The notes: generated by a model not told the origin, from the letters alone. A DNA stretch of 64,000 bases from Bacteroidota bacterium (GCA_020444415.1 JAHLLA010000011.1:3684-67683), one strand, 5' to 3'. Positions 50,696 to 60,916 are shown, counted from the stretch's first letter. Made by a program: numbers and translations.

Positions 50696-51718
50696 ATGAA
50701 AAAGAATTACGTTCTTATTATTTTAATGGCACTAATAACAAACCCTGTTTTTAGCCAGCTAATTATTACGTACGATGGTAACTGTCCTCAAATTGGGGAT
50801 GTTTTTTTTCAATCCTATTTTAACGAGCAGATTGATCCTGGGCCTTCCGGGGAAAACCAAAATTGGGTTTTTTCAACTGTGAACATTTTTGAAACAGGAG
50901 TTTATGAGGCCATGGATCCTTCTGAAACACCATTTGGTAACATTTTTACCGAGTCAAACATCGCATATAACATAGACAATCAAGAATCCTTTAATTATGG
51001 ATATAATACATCAACTGAATCGGTAAATAACGGAACGGGTTTTAATAGTAAAGACCAGCTAATTATCCATTATACCAATCCATCAACTTTAATGATATAT
51101 CCATTCTCCTATAACAACACATTCTCTGATACATATTTCGGATCATATACATTTGAAGGATTGGAAACACATGAAAGCGGTACATCGAATGTAATTGCTG
51201 ATGGCTGGGGTAGCATTATAACTCCTGCCGCAACCTACAATAACGTACTGCGTGTAAAAACAGAAAGAGAACATATTGATTCTGTATTTATGGAAGATAT
51301 GTTTCTATATGCAACAATTACGAATTACACGGACTTCGCCTGGTATGCACCAAATATTAAGTCTCCTGTGTTTGCCATCACACTTTCAAATTGCACAGGG
51401 GTGTGCGACACTGTTGGTTATTACACAACTTCTACTCAACAGGTTGTGAATATTGAAGATAATATTGAAGATTTTAAGGTTTATCCAAATCCTGCCAGTG
51501 ATAAAATTTTGTTATCATTCTATACAAACAAAACAGGCAAGATAACCATTTCGGTTGTAGATTTAACTGGAAAAGAAATTCTGCAATATCAAAGAAATCT
51601 TATTTTGAATGGTTTGCAATCATTTGATCTGTCATTAAATAAGCTTGAGAACGGACTCTATTTCGTGAAAATTGACAATGGTAATAGCACAAGTTCTAAG
51701 AAAATAATTGTTAGATAA
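50696..51718 (+). CDS. secreted protein with T9SS C-terminal sorting domain, paralog of 18837..19883
   Basis: It has a signal peptide and the CTD block VYPNPASDKILL ... GLYFVKI ... KKIIV. It shares blocks with the 18837 protein (IDPGxxGxNxxWxFS, DPxxTPF, NxLRxKT and AWYxPNIKxPV). Confidence 0.75.
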   Translation: MKKNYVLIILMALITNPVFSQLIITYDGNCPQIGDVFFQSYFNEQIDPGPSGENQNWVFSTVNIFETGVYEAMDPSETPFGNIFTESNIAYNIDNQESFNYGYNTSTESVNNGTGFNSKDQLIIHYTNPSTLMIYPFSYNNTFSDTYFGSYTFEGLETHESGTSNVIADGWGSIITPAATYNNVLRVKTEREHIDSVFMEDMFLYATITNYTDFAWYAPNIKSPVFAITLSNCTGVCDTVGYYTTSTQQVVNIEDNIEDFKVYPNPASDKILLSFYTNKTGKITISVVDLTGKEILQYQRNLILNGLQSFDLSLNKLENGLYFVKIDNGNSTSSKKIIVR

Positions 51719-51869
51719 AGTCTATCAAAGAGTACTTTTATTTATCACATTTAGCTAACTATCTTTTTGTCAAGAATACCTATTTTGATCTGAATATATC
51801 ATTGATCTATTGATAAACCTATTCAAATAACGCAAGCCTGAATTGGAGCTAATTGGGATATAGCAAATC

Positions 51870-51936
51870 GTGCTTTTATATATCAATTTACGCTGAGGAA
51901 AGAGTGACCCCTTCCTAAACACTTTCGCCATTTTGG
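51870..51936 (+). repeat. copy B of the intergenic repeat, directly abutting the right 21-nt direct repeat
   Basis: The core reads CGCTGAGGAAAGAGTGACCCCTTCCTAAACACTTTCGCCATTTTGG and can form an AGGAA/TTCCT stem. Confidence 0.75.
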
Positions 51937-51957
51937 GTTAGGAAGGTGCCAGTTTAA
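51937..51957 (+). repeat. right copy of the 21-nt direct repeat
   Basis: GTTAGGAAGGTGCCAGTTTAA matches the citF 3' end at 20 of 21 positions. Confidence 0.8.
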
Positions 51958-52012
51958 TTTAATTTAACGCAAACGAACTAGCACACGAATTATGCTCGCA
52001 CCAGAATATTTT

Positions 52013-52978
52013 TTATCTCTGAATAATTACTTTACCGGATGCAGTCTGCGAATCCGATTCGGCTGTCAGTAAATAAACACCGTTTGGTAATATGGAAGTA
52101 TTGAACCGGACATTCTTTTGATGATTGAGATTTACTTTACACTCCAGAACGGTCATCCCAACTATATTGACCAAACTTAGTTGAATGGCTTCATTTGTAT
52201 CAAAATGGCTCAAATCAACCACTAGCTGGTCACTGGCCGGATTTGGAAAGCTTTGTATGGATGTATTTATTTTTGCCTGCTCACCAATAAAGAAAATGTT
52301 GCCACCCAGATCATCATAATTCTCCTGAATGTCAGCAGAATCTAGCACATAATCATATATTTTGATCATGGCTACAGCGCCTGTACTGGCTTCATTCTGA
52401 ACGATCAGATCGTCATGGAAAAAATTCAAAACCTTGTCTTCATCCAGCAAAGCGTCACCAGGGGTATCAACAAGCGTAATTTGGGTACGGGCATCAGTGT
52501 AAATGATCAGTTTTTTATCAGCGGCATTTCTTGTAATGACATAATAAGTATATTCTCCCTCAAATACAGGAGACTCCTGACTATAGATATAAGGATAAAA
52601 ATTCAATTTGCCGTTGTATACATACGCTCCATAATCGGTTTTGCGGTTCTTCCAATCCACTACCCTTTTCCAACTGTTAAGTTCATCAAAAACAAAGTAA
52701 ATTTCTATGGTGTAGTTTTCGCCCAAAAAATTACCGGCGGCCAGGTTGTCGAACTGTAGACCTGAATTCTTCTCGAAGCGATATACCTTTTTAACGACAG
52801 AATTTACTTCGTTGAGGGTATCGTCCACGTACACGCCCACATTTCCGAGCACAGTCAGATCAGGACCATTTCCATTCACTTCTGAAAGAGAATTTGAGAA
52901 ATCATAATGTAAAACCGTTTGCGACTGCATTACTGTAAAACAAAATAGCATTACAAACAGAAAGGAAAAATTTTTCAT
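52013..52978 (-). CDS. secreted LamG/concanavalin-like protein with T9SS C-terminal sorting domain
   Basis: It has a signal peptide and the CTD block SFPNPASDQLVV ... GVYLLTA ... GKVIIQ. The central part resembles a Laminin-G-like jelly roll. Confidence 0.6.
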   Translation of the reverse strand: MKNFSFLFVMLFCFTVMQSQTVLHYDFSNSLSEVNGNGPDLTVLGNVGVYVDDTLNEVNSVVKKVYRFEKNSGLQFDNLAAGNFLGENYTIEIYFVFDELNSWKRVVDWKNRKTDYGAYVYNGKLNFYPYIYSQESPVFEGEYTYYVITRNAADKKLIIYTDARTQITLVDTPGDALLDEDKVLNFFHDDLIVQNEASTGAVAMIKIYDYVLDSADIQENYDDLGGNIFFIGEQAKINTSIQSFPNPASDQLVVDLSHFDTNEAIQLSLVNIVGMTVLECKVNLNHQKNVRFNTSILPNGVYLLTAESDSQTASGKVIIQR

Positions 52979-53020
52979 AGCATATAAGTTTTGGTGTAAC
53001 TATTAAAAACTCTGGAATAC

Positions 53021-53028
53021 CAAAGCTA
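53021..53028 (-). promoter_or_regulatory. candidate -7 box
   Basis: The reverse complement reads TAGCTTTG and lies 42 nt upstream of ATG 52978. Confidence 0.4.
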
Positions 53029-53177
53029 TGAAATATTTTTACATCTACCAAAACTCAATATGAAAAATTCGATTGGCAAATTGCAAAAAAATACCTGATG
53101 ATAAGAAATAAATGAAGCCGTATGATCTCTTCTCCAAACACTCGCGTAATTTAAAAAATGAAAAAAACTAAGTTAAC

Positions 53178-53465
53178 CTACCAGCGATAATCGCACTTCT
53201 CCCAGATTTTTTGTTCTTCCTCCCTGGTAATGTTAACAGCTTCTTCAGGCGTATAACTTTCTGATGTTTTTTCTAACATGCAATCACAAACATCTTCCGC
53301 AACACCTTTAAAGGTCTCGTTTGCTTCCAGCATCTTTAAACAATTATTAGTCCACTCAGCTTTTTGTTCATCACTCCATGTATCGCTCTTTGAATCCGCA
53401 TTGTTGCAGCAAGCTGCAAAAAGAAATAAACTGACTATAATTGCTGCGTATTTAATTTTTCTCAT
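53178..53465 (-). CDS. small cysteine-containing lipoprotein, hypothetical
   Basis: It has a signal peptide with a lipobox (LFAAC). It is 95 aa long and no family is recognised. Confidence 0.55.
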   Translation of the reverse strand: MRKIKYAAIIVSLFLFAACCNNADSKSDTWSDEQKAEWTNNCLKMLEANETFKGVAEDVCDCMLEKTSESYTPEEAVNITREEEQKIWEKCDYRW

Positions 53466-53533
53466 TTGAATTACATATTGGTTTCTGAGATTAAAATTAA
53501 TATAAAATTACAAGTTTCTACATTTTCGGCCTG

Positions 53534-54475
53534 TTAAAAATATATCCAATAGAAAACGAATTGATCTTCGGTATTATACTCAAGCGTTGGAAATGGGAGT
53601 TTTATAAAACTCAATCCTTTGAATAAGAATTTCAACGCTTTCGAATTTGTTTTTATTCGCGTCCAGTCGATATCCATAGATATATAGTATTGTCTGACCC
53701 TGTCATATTGTGGCAACGGAATTCCCTCGTGATCATATTCCGGATTTGTGAATTCAGCAAGCATGCCTTTTCCGCCGTAACCAACTGCTACATTGATCCA
53801 TGATGGGAATCTCGTTTCTTTTTTAATAAAAGATTTGATATTGGCTGACAACCAGTATGTTTGTCCGTTATAATCTTTAAGCCAGCATTGAAAAGGTCCG
53901 TGCCCCAGTTTTTCAGGCATATACTGAGCATATTCTGTCGGGTGAAAGGAAAACTTAAGTCGAAACCGCTGCTCATGCCATAAAAGTTGCTGACCAGCAA
54001 ACAATCCTGTTCCCAGCGTATTTGCAGCCAGGTCGGTCCATGAGGCACCGTAATCTGATGAAAATGCATCCAATATTTCAATAACTGTCATGGCACCAAA
54101 TCCCATCATAGCTCCATAACCAATGGATTTACTCTCAGGCACATTCGACCAGCGCAATAACCAGTACCCATAGTTACTCAATGTATAAGCGGTTGTTGCA
54201 TGTCCCACTTTATCAATTTGCAACCAATATTTGCTGTCATCAATAAAATGAGGCGGCCATTCCATATTATCCTGATACCAGATAAAATAAAGCCCAACCA
54301 AGGATATGGAATAAGCAGCGGCACTTCCATAAATTACCGTATTCAGTCTTTTTTTATTGATGGCCGTATTTTCAAGTGTATCAGACTGTGCTGAAAGGAT
54401 AATCGAAAATACCAGAAAAAGTGCCGTCAATACAAATTGTTTAACTACAGATTTGTATTGTTGTTTGTTATTCAT
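53534..54475 (-). CDS. hypothetical exported or membrane protein (possibly DUF2279-like)
   Basis: It has an N-terminal signal or anchor sequence and aromatic-rich sequence with a DKVGHATTAY block. The family assignment is tentative. Confidence 0.4.
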   Translation of the reverse strand: MNNKQQYKSVVKQFVLTALFLVFSIILSAQSDTLENTAINKKRLNTVIYGSAAAYSISLVGLYFIWYQDNMEWPPHFIDDSKYWLQIDKVGHATTAYTLSNYGYWLLRWSNVPESKSIGYGAMMGFGAMTVIEILDAFSSDYGASWTDLAANTLGTGLFAGQQLLWHEQRFRLKFSFHPTEYAQYMPEKLGHGPFQCWLKDYNGQTYWLSANIKSFIKKETRFPSWINVAVGYGGKGMLAEFTNPEYDHEGIPLPQYDRVRQYYISMDIDWTRIKTNSKALKFLFKGLSFIKLPFPTLEYNTEDQFVFYWIYF

Positions 54476-54477
54476 AA

Positions 54478-55821
54478 TCAGGAAAACTTTCTGATAATGT
54501 CAAAGATAATTTTTGTTTTTTGATCCAACAAATCTTTATTTTTAGCCTCAGCAAGAAAGCGCAGGTAAGGTTCTGTATTGGATGGCCTTATATTGAACCA
54601 CCAATCTTCAAAATCCAGCCTGTAACCGTCCACATCAAGAAAATTGAAAGGCGGTTCATTTTCCATGAAATACGATGTAACCGCATCCATGGCTTCTTTT
54701 TTCTGTTCAATTTTAAAATTCACTTCGCCTGTATTGGCATAAGCGGAAATACGCGTTATAATTTCAGAAAAACTGACACCCTCTTCTTTAAATTTTAATA
54801 ATACACGCAGCACAAGCAAGGCGGCCAGTATACCACTATCCGAATAATAAAAGTCTTTAAAATAATAGTGCCCGGCCAGCTCACCACCATAAATACCACC
54901 CACCTGTTTTAGTTTGGTGGCTCCAAATGCCCTGCCCACTTTCCATGTTATAAGCTCACCACCAAATTGCTTTAAATAATCTGCCACAGCCTTAGATGTA
55001 CGGATATCCTGCACTACTTTACCGGTTTCTTTCCGTTCTTCAAAAAAGTAATGAGCTAAGACGGCAATGATAAGATCCGGCGATACAAATTGCCCTTTTT
55101 CATCAATGAACATCACCCGGTCGGCATCCCCGTCGAAAATAAGTCCGATATCACAATGATGTTGCATAACAGAATTCTTGATTTGCTCCTGGTTTTCAGG
55201 AAGTAAAGGATTCGGTTCGTGCGCGGGGAAATTACCGTCAATATGATCGTTCAGGTAATGGACGTTTGGACCGAATAAATCATATGCAAACAAAGAGGCC
55301 ATGCCATTTGAACAGTCTATTGACATTTTTAAGTCAGAAAAATCCGACAAGTAGGATTTCAGGAATTGTAAATAGTGATCTGCTAATGGAAATTCTTTTA
55401 ATAATCCTTTGTTACGTTTCTTAACCTCAACTTGCTTTTCTATCAATACCTCAATGATATTCAAACCATTGTCGTAGCCTATGGGTTCAACATCTTTTGC
55501 TGAAAATTTCAGCCCATTATATTTGGCCGAATTATGTGAAGCCGTGATCATGATGGAAGCATCGAAATCAAATTTACCCGTTCCCCAATAGATCATCGGG
55601 GTTGTTGCCAATCCGGCATCATACACATCCACTCCAGCATCCGTAAGCCCATTTGTGAGTGCCCGGAACATTTCTTCAGATGATATCCGGCCATCACGTC
55701 CAATTAATATTTTACTGCAAGGAATAACTTTAGGAAAAAAATAGCCGATTTTATAAACGATATCCTGATTCAGATCTTCTCCCCATACACCCCGGATATC
55801 ATAAGCTTTAAAAGCCTTCAT
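54478..55821 (-). CDS. alpha-D-phosphohexomutase (phosphomannomutase/phosphoglucomutase family)
   Basis: It has the active-site loop ITASHNSAKYNGLKF, the metal loop FDGDADR and the sugar loop GGELAGH. Confidence 0.85.
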   Translation of the reverse strand: MKAFKAYDIRGVWGEDLNQDIVYKIGYFFPKVIPCSKILIGRDGRISSEEMFRALTNGLTDAGVDVYDAGLATTPMIYWGTGKFDFDASIMITASHNSAKYNGLKFSAKDVEPIGYDNGLNIIEVLIEKQVEVKKRNKGLLKEFPLADHYLQFLKSYLSDFSDLKMSIDCSNGMASLFAYDLFGPNVHYLNDHIDGNFPAHEPNPLLPENQEQIKNSVMQHHCDIGLIFDGDADRVMFIDEKGQFVSPDLIIAVLAHYFFEERKETGKVVQDIRTSKAVADYLKQFGGELITWKVGRAFGATKLKQVGGIYGGELAGHYYFKDFYYSDSGILAALLVLRVLLKFKEEGVSFSEIITRISAYANTGEVNFKIEQKKEAMDAVTSYFMENEPPFNFLDVDGYRLDFEDWWFNIRPSNTEPYLRFLAEAKNKDLLDQKTKIIFDIIRKFS

Positions 55822-55833
55822 ACGTTTTCTGAA

Positions 55834-56916
55834 TTATTTATATATACCCATCTTGTCTAATGCTTGCTGGTATTTGCGGGCATTGGCATTATGCTGCCTG
55901 TTGGTTTTGGCAAAAACGTGATATCCTGACATATCATCTTTTGCACAGAAGAATAGATAATTATTCCGATCATAATTCAAAACGGCATCAATAGAAGCAA
56001 TTGATGGGAAACAAATTGGTCCGGGTGGCAATCCGAAAAACTGGTAAGTATTGTAAGGTGAACGAAATTCTTTATGGACATTGAGAACACGCTTAATAGA
56101 ATAATCACCGATGGCGTAAATAACGGTCGGGTCGGCCTGCAATCGCCATCCGGCTTTAAGCCGATTCATATAAACACCAGCTATGATGGGTTTTTCGTCA
56201 TTTTTATTGGTTTCTTTTTCAACGATAGAGGCCAGCGTAACTACCTCTGGTATCGTCAAACCTATTTCATTGGCAAGCCGGGTTCTATCGCCATTCCAAA
56301 ATTTAATATACTCACTATGCATCCTTTTCAGAAAGCCTTCGGCCGATGTATTCCAGTACATTTCATAGGTGTTCGGAATAAACAAAATTGGTGCTGTTTC
56401 TTTTTTAAGTCCATGTAACGAAAGGTAGGTTGAATCGGTTAACAACTGAACGATGGATGCTGAATCAGCCTCAATTTGTTTGCTTACCGTTCCTGCTAAT
56501 TGATAAATATCCCTGATATTATTGAAGATCAACTGCACCGGAACCTGCTCCCCTGACCTGAGTAAATTGATCAGATCATTGTTGTTCATGGTACTGTCAA
56601 TCAGATATCTTCCGGGCTTTACAGTTTCAGGGTATTTCTTTTTTTCGGCCAGCCATTCAAAATTTTGCCGGTGAATGATCAATCCCTGTGAATAAAGTAT
56701 ATTTTTTACGTCTTCGTAATCAGAGCCTGTCGGGATTGTAATTGCAACGGCTTCCTGATCCGGTGTCCAAACATTGGGTTTTAATACAATATTATAGAGC
56801 CAGTAGCCCGCCCCTGCCGCGACAAGCAAAAGAAAAAGCAGGAAGAAGAAAAATATTCTTTTTCCCTTGCCATTTTTCTTTTTAGGTGACCCGTAACTGG
56901 AATGATAATACGCCAT
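55834..56916 (-). CDS. mltG: endolytic murein transglycosylase MltG (YceG-like)
   Basis: It has an N-terminal TM anchor and the YceG domain blocks TLASIVEKET and VYMNRLKAGWRLQADPTVIY. Confidence 0.85.
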   Translation of the reverse strand: MAYYHSSYGSPKKKNGKGKRIFFFFLLFLLLVAAGAGYWLYNIVLKPNVWTPDQEAVAITIPTGSDYEDVKNILYSQGLIIHRQNFEWLAEKKKYPETVKPGRYLIDSTMNNNDLINLLRSGEQVPVQLIFNNIRDIYQLAGTVSKQIEADSASIVQLLTDSTYLSLHGLKKETAPILFIPNTYEMYWNTSAEGFLKRMHSEYIKFWNGDRTRLANEIGLTIPEVVTLASIVEKETNKNDEKPIIAGVYMNRLKAGWRLQADPTVIYAIGDYSIKRVLNVHKEFRSPYNTYQFFGLPPGPICFPSIASIDAVLNYDRNNYLFFCAKDDMSGYHVFAKTNRQHNANARKYQQALDKMGIYK

Positions 56917-56952
56917 TGTAAATCAAAGTTTGCTCGTATTCAAATTGTTTTC

Positions 56953-57477
56953 TTACTTATTGATCAACTGTAAGAACAGCTCAGCAATCCATTTATTGTT
57001 TCTTTTGTTCCATTCTTTTTTCTCACCGGAAACAACAAAACCCTTCTCCATAAACAACTTCAAGCTTTTTAAATTATCTTTTTCAACATTGCAAAATAGC
57101 TGGTGCAGTTCTAAATGATTGAACGAATAATCGATCAAAATATCCAATGCTGTACCCGCATAACCGAAACCTCTTTTCTCCTCAGTAATCATTATACCGA
57201 TTCCGGCCCTCTGATGTTTCGGTTCAACGTCAAAAAGATCAATGGCACCAATAACATTTTTTTGGCGGGACGCTTCCAATTCAATAATAAACCGTACTTG
57301 TTTTGCTTTAAAAATATCTTTATCTGCCAGCAATATATACTGTTCCAGGTCGAAGCGTGAAAAAGGAACGGTGGTATTGCTCAGGTGCCAGAACTGTGGA
57401 TCATTTTCGAGTTGATAGAGGAAATCAACATCTTGCGGCTCGGGCGCCCGTAAAAAGATATGTGCCTTGTTTAACAT
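56953..57477 (-). CDS. GNAT-family N-acetyltransferase
   Basis: It has a RimJ/RimL-like layout and an acetyl-CoA motif region QRAGIGIMITEEKRGFGYAGTAL. Confidence 0.7.
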   Translation of the reverse strand: MLNKAHIFLRAPEPQDVDFLYQLENDPQFWHLSNTTVPFSRFDLEQYILLADKDIFKAKQVRFIIELEASRQKNVIGAIDLFDVEPKHQRAGIGIMITEEKRGFGYAGTALDILIDYSFNHLELHQLFCNVEKDNLKSLKLFMEKGFVVSGEKKEWNKRNNKWIAELFLQLINK

Positions 57478-57509
57478 AATTGCTGTAAATATAGTGAAAT
57501 ATCCCGAAA

Positions 57510-58301
57510 TTATATTTCGACCTCTCCTTCAAAAACAAGTTCTGCTGGGCCTCTGAGCCAGATATTTTTAAATCTGTCCCCTTTGTGGTATCGAAAATCC
57601 ACGATAAATTCGCCACCTGTTGTATGAACGATCTGCGATTCTTCTCCGGTGATATAATAAGCAGCAATGGCAGAGGCTGTAACGCCTGTTCCGCACGACA
57701 GCGTCTCATTTTCCACACCTCTTTCATATGTCCTTACGAATAACTTTTCTTCGTGAAATTCAACAAAGTTAACATTGGTACCATCTGGCATAAACCTCTC
57801 ACTCTGGCGTGTTTTTCTGCCTTCGCTAAGCACATCCATTTCGGCCAGGCGTTCCACAAATTCCACGTAATGCGGCGACCCGGTATCTAAAAAATAAAAC
57901 AGCTTGCTTTTATGCACCTCGTCCACATCTGCCATGGATAATGATACATCACATAAGTGTTGGCTTATATGGTCTTCAATAATAGCTTCGTGCAGACCAT
58001 CAAATGCTTTGAATTCCATTCGCTCGCCGGAAATTTCGTTCAAATACGCAAACATAGCGATGCATCTTCCCCCATTACCGCACATACTACTTATTTGTCC
58101 ATCTGAATTATAATACTTCATTTCAAAGTCCGCATCTTCAGATACATTTAAGAACATGAAACCGTCAGCACCAATCCCAAAATGCCGGTCACAAATTTTT
58201 TGAATCTGTTTGCCTGACAGTTGCAATTTATATTCCCGGTTATCAACGATCACAAAATCATTTCCGTTCGCCTGATATTTCCAGAATTTTATTTTTGACA
58301 T
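57510..58301 (-). CDS. dapF: diaminopimelate epimerase
   Basis: It has GNDFVIVDN, YYNSDGQISSMCGNGGRC and a second catalytic Cys in SCGTGVTAS. Confidence 0.9.
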   Translation of the reverse strand: MSKIKFWKYQANGNDFVIVDNREYKLQLSGKQIQKICDRHFGIGADGFMFLNVSEDADFEMKYYNSDGQISSMCGNGGRCIAMFAYLNEISGERMEFKAFDGLHEAIIEDHISQHLCDVSLSMADVDEVHKSKLFYFLDTGSPHYVEFVERLAEMDVLSEGRKTRQSERFMPDGTNVNFVEFHEEKLFVRTYERGVENETLSCGTGVTASAIAAYYITGEESQIVHTTGGEFIVDFRYHKGDRFKNIWLRGPAELVFEGEVEI

Positions 58302-58478
58302 GTTTTGAGTCTTTTGGCAAAGTAGTTGCGGGGTGAAAATTACATTTATTTACTGGTAGAATCCTGCCTTTTAGGCATATTATAGCTGCCGGGAGTTAAC
58401 ATTAATTAACAGTCGGCAAATAATTTAGGTTTCAGCCGGTCGTTTTCAAAACAAAAATACAAGAGAAAAAGATAGCGT

Positions 58479-59942
58479 ATGAAAACTGTAGGAAAAAGTT
58501 TTTTAGGTGCAGCTGCGGGAACTATTGTTATTCTCCTTTCGGCTGCTTTGATTTTTAATAATCCATCACACGAAAATAACAATCAACCGGAACAGATGTT
58601 GAAGCAATACGAGGCAACACAGCTTCCATCAATGAGTGCCAGTTACCGGATTGCACAAGAGGCCGACTTTATTCAGGCTGCTGAGAAATCAGTAAATGCA
58701 GTGGTGCACATTAAAACGGAGATTAGCGTAAAAAGCCGCTCATATGATGATTTCTTCGGGCCATTCAAATATTATTTTGGCAATCCGCATCGTAACAATA
58801 CGTATGTAGCTTTTGGATCTGGTGTAATTATCTCAGACGATGGCTATATTGTAACCAATAACCACGTAGTTGAAGGCGCTGATAAAATTAGCGTGACTTT
58901 CAATAACAGGAAAGAACTTGAAGCGCAAGTGATCGGTACAGATCCGACTACCGACCTGGCTTTGATTAAAGTGGACGACCAGGATTTGGTTTATTTGTCA
59001 TTCGGAGATTCAGACGCTGTTAGGATTGGCGAATGGGTATTAGCAGTAGGAAATCCTTTCAACCTCACATCCACAGTAACGGCGGGAATTGTAAGTGCTA
59101 AAGCCCGGAACATCAATATTCTTGGTGCAGCATCCGCCATTGAATCTTTTATTCAGACAGATGCGGCTGTAAACCGTGGAAACAGCGGTGGTGCACTGGT
59201 AAATACAACCGGAGAACTGATAGGCATCAACGCGGCCATCGCTTCACATACTGGCGTTTATGAAGGTTATTCGTTTGCCATCCCGGTCAACATTGTTAAA
59301 AAAGTAGTAGCGGACCTGATGACGTTTGGTGAAATACAGCGTGCTTACATTGGTGTTCAAATCAGGGATATTGATGCGGCATTTGCAGATGAACTGGGAT
59401 TGGAAGACGTTGAAGGAATTTATGTAGCGGGCGTAGTTGAAAACGGTGGTGCTTACGAAGCAGGAATTCGCGAAGGAGATGTTCTTTTAAGCGTAAATAA
59501 CATACCGATCAATACCGTTTCTGAATTAATGGGTACCATTGGTCAACATAATCCGGGTGAAGTTGTTAAGGTAGATATAAAAAGGGACAATAAATTATTA
59601 ACGTACAATGTAACACTTAAAAATGAAGAAGGGACGGTTGCTGTTATAAAGGCAGGAGAGACTTTCTATAATGAAACACTAGGTGCTTCTCTGAAAAAAA
59701 TATCTCACGAAGAAAAAAGCAAACTGGGTATCGATCACGGTTTAAAAGTAACCAACGTCCAGGGAGGTATTCTAAGACGAGGCGGTATTTCTGAAGGATT
59801 TATCATTACAAATATAAATGGTGATGATATTACCTCTGAGAAGAGCCTTGAGGAAGCACTCAACAATAAAAATTCAGGTATCATCAAACTAAATGGACTA
59901 TATCTGAATGGCGTTAGAATTTCTTATGAATTTATGCGCTAA
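58479..59942 (+). CDS. Do/HtrA-family periplasmic serine protease with PDZ domains
   Basis: It has the trypsin-like triad context (TNNHVV, DLALIK and GNSGGAL) followed by two PDZ-like regions. Confidence 0.9.
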   Translation: MKTVGKSFLGAAAGTIVILLSAALIFNNPSHENNNQPEQMLKQYEATQLPSMSASYRIAQEADFIQAAEKSVNAVVHIKTEISVKSRSYDDFFGPFKYYFGNPHRNNTYVAFGSGVIISDDGYIVTNNHVVEGADKISVTFNNRKELEAQVIGTDPTTDLALIKVDDQDLVYLSFGDSDAVRIGEWVLAVGNPFNLTSTVTAGIVSAKARNINILGAASAIESFIQTDAAVNRGNSGGALVNTTGELIGINAAIASHTGVYEGYSFAIPVNIVKKVVADLMTFGEIQRAYIGVQIRDIDAAFADELGLEDVEGIYVAGVVENGGAYEAGIREGDVLLSVNNIPINTVSELMGTIGQHNPGEVVKVDIKRDNKLLTYNVTLKNEEGTVAVIKAGETFYNETLGASLKKISHEEKSKLGIDHGLKVTNVQGGILRRGGISEGFIITNINGDDITSEKSLEEALNNKNSGIIKLNGLYLNGVRISYEFMR

Positions 59943-60025
59943 AAATTTGTTATTTAGAATAAGTTTACGTAAATTGCGTGTCCTTTTCTTTACACACACA
60001 GAGAATAAATTTTCATTAATTAACT

Positions 60026-60892
60026 ATGAGACAGCTAAAGATCACCAAATCAATTACTAATCGTAATACAGCATCACTTGATAAGTACTTGCAGGAGATT
60101 GGGAAAGAAGATTTGATCACCGCCGAACAGGAAGTTGAATTAGCAAGACGGATTAAGAGCGGAGACGATATAGCTTTGGAGAAATTAACCAAAGCCAATC
60201 TTCGATTTGTTGTTTCAGTTGCCAAACAATATCAAAATCAAGGTTTAAGCCTTCCCGACCTGATTAACGAAGGTAATGTTGGATTGATAAAGGCAGCAGG
60301 CCGATTTGACGAAACCCGTGGTTTCAAATTCATTTCGTACGCTGTATGGTGGATCAGACAATCCATCCTGCAGGCGCTTGCCGAACAATCCAGAATTGTA
60401 AGGTTACCTTTAAACCAGGTGGGATCATTAAATAAGATCAAGAAAACTTCTTCAAAACTTGAACAACGGTTCGAGCGTCCGCCTTCACCACATGAAATTG
60501 CGGACGAAATGGAAGTGCCTGATCATAAGATTGACACTGCAATGAAAATTGCCACTCGTTACGTGTCAATGGATGCTCCTTTGGTAGCTGATGAAGACAC
60601 AAATTTTCTCGACCTTTTCATTCCGAAGGATGCACCCGAAACAGATGAGTTTCTGATGCACGAATCATTAGGACGGGAAATCCAACGCTCCCTGGCCACT
60701 TTAAGTGAAAAAGAAAGAGATGTAATTAATATGTACTATGGTATCGGATTGAACCATGGATTAACACTTGAAGAGATAGGCTCTAAATTTAATTTAACCC
60801 GCGAAAGAGTGCGGCAAATTAAAGAAAAAGCCATTCGCAGGTTGCGACATACATCTCGAAGCCGGCTTTTAAAAGCGTATCTGGGACAATAA
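60026..60892 (+). CDS. rpoD: primary RNA polymerase sigma factor (Bacteroidota sigma-A)
   Basis: Regions 1.2 to 4 are present ([22 protein letters not shown] and [28 protein letters not shown]). Its short length of about 288 aa is typical of the phylum. Confidence 0.9.
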   Translation: MRQLKITKSITNRNTASLDKYLQEIGKEDLITAEQEVELARRIKSGDDIALEKLTKANLRFVVSVAKQYQNQGLSLPDLINEGNVGLIKAAGRFDETRGFKFISYAVWWIRQSILQALAEQSRIVRLPLNQVGSLNKIKKTSSKLEQRFERPPSPHEIADEMEVPDHKIDTAMKIATRYVSMDAPLVADEDTNFLDLFIPKDAPETDEFLMHESLGREIQRSLATLSEKERDVINMYYGIGLNHGLTLEEIGSKFNLTRERVRQIKEKAIRRLRHTSRSRLLKAYLGQ

Positions 60893-60916
60893 TATTAATT
60901 TGTAATGATTTTAATA

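Noticed and set aside
51891-51957. Reading the repeat plus GTTAGGA as an integron attC site with a GTTRRRY core.
   Set aside because: GTTAGGA ends in a purine rather than the pyrimidine of GTTRRRY. The putative inverse core (CCTAAAC) does not fit RYYYAAC. The shared identity extends 21 nt rather than 7, and no intI-like gene is in the window. The cassette-like pattern is kept as a finding, but without the integron label.
53500-53525. A possible fourth copy of the intergenic repeat (TTCTACATTTTCGGCC).
   Set aside because: Only a short and gapped resemblance to the AAACACTTTCGCC tail is present. No stem or loop is conserved. This is too weak to distinguish from chance in AT-rich DNA.
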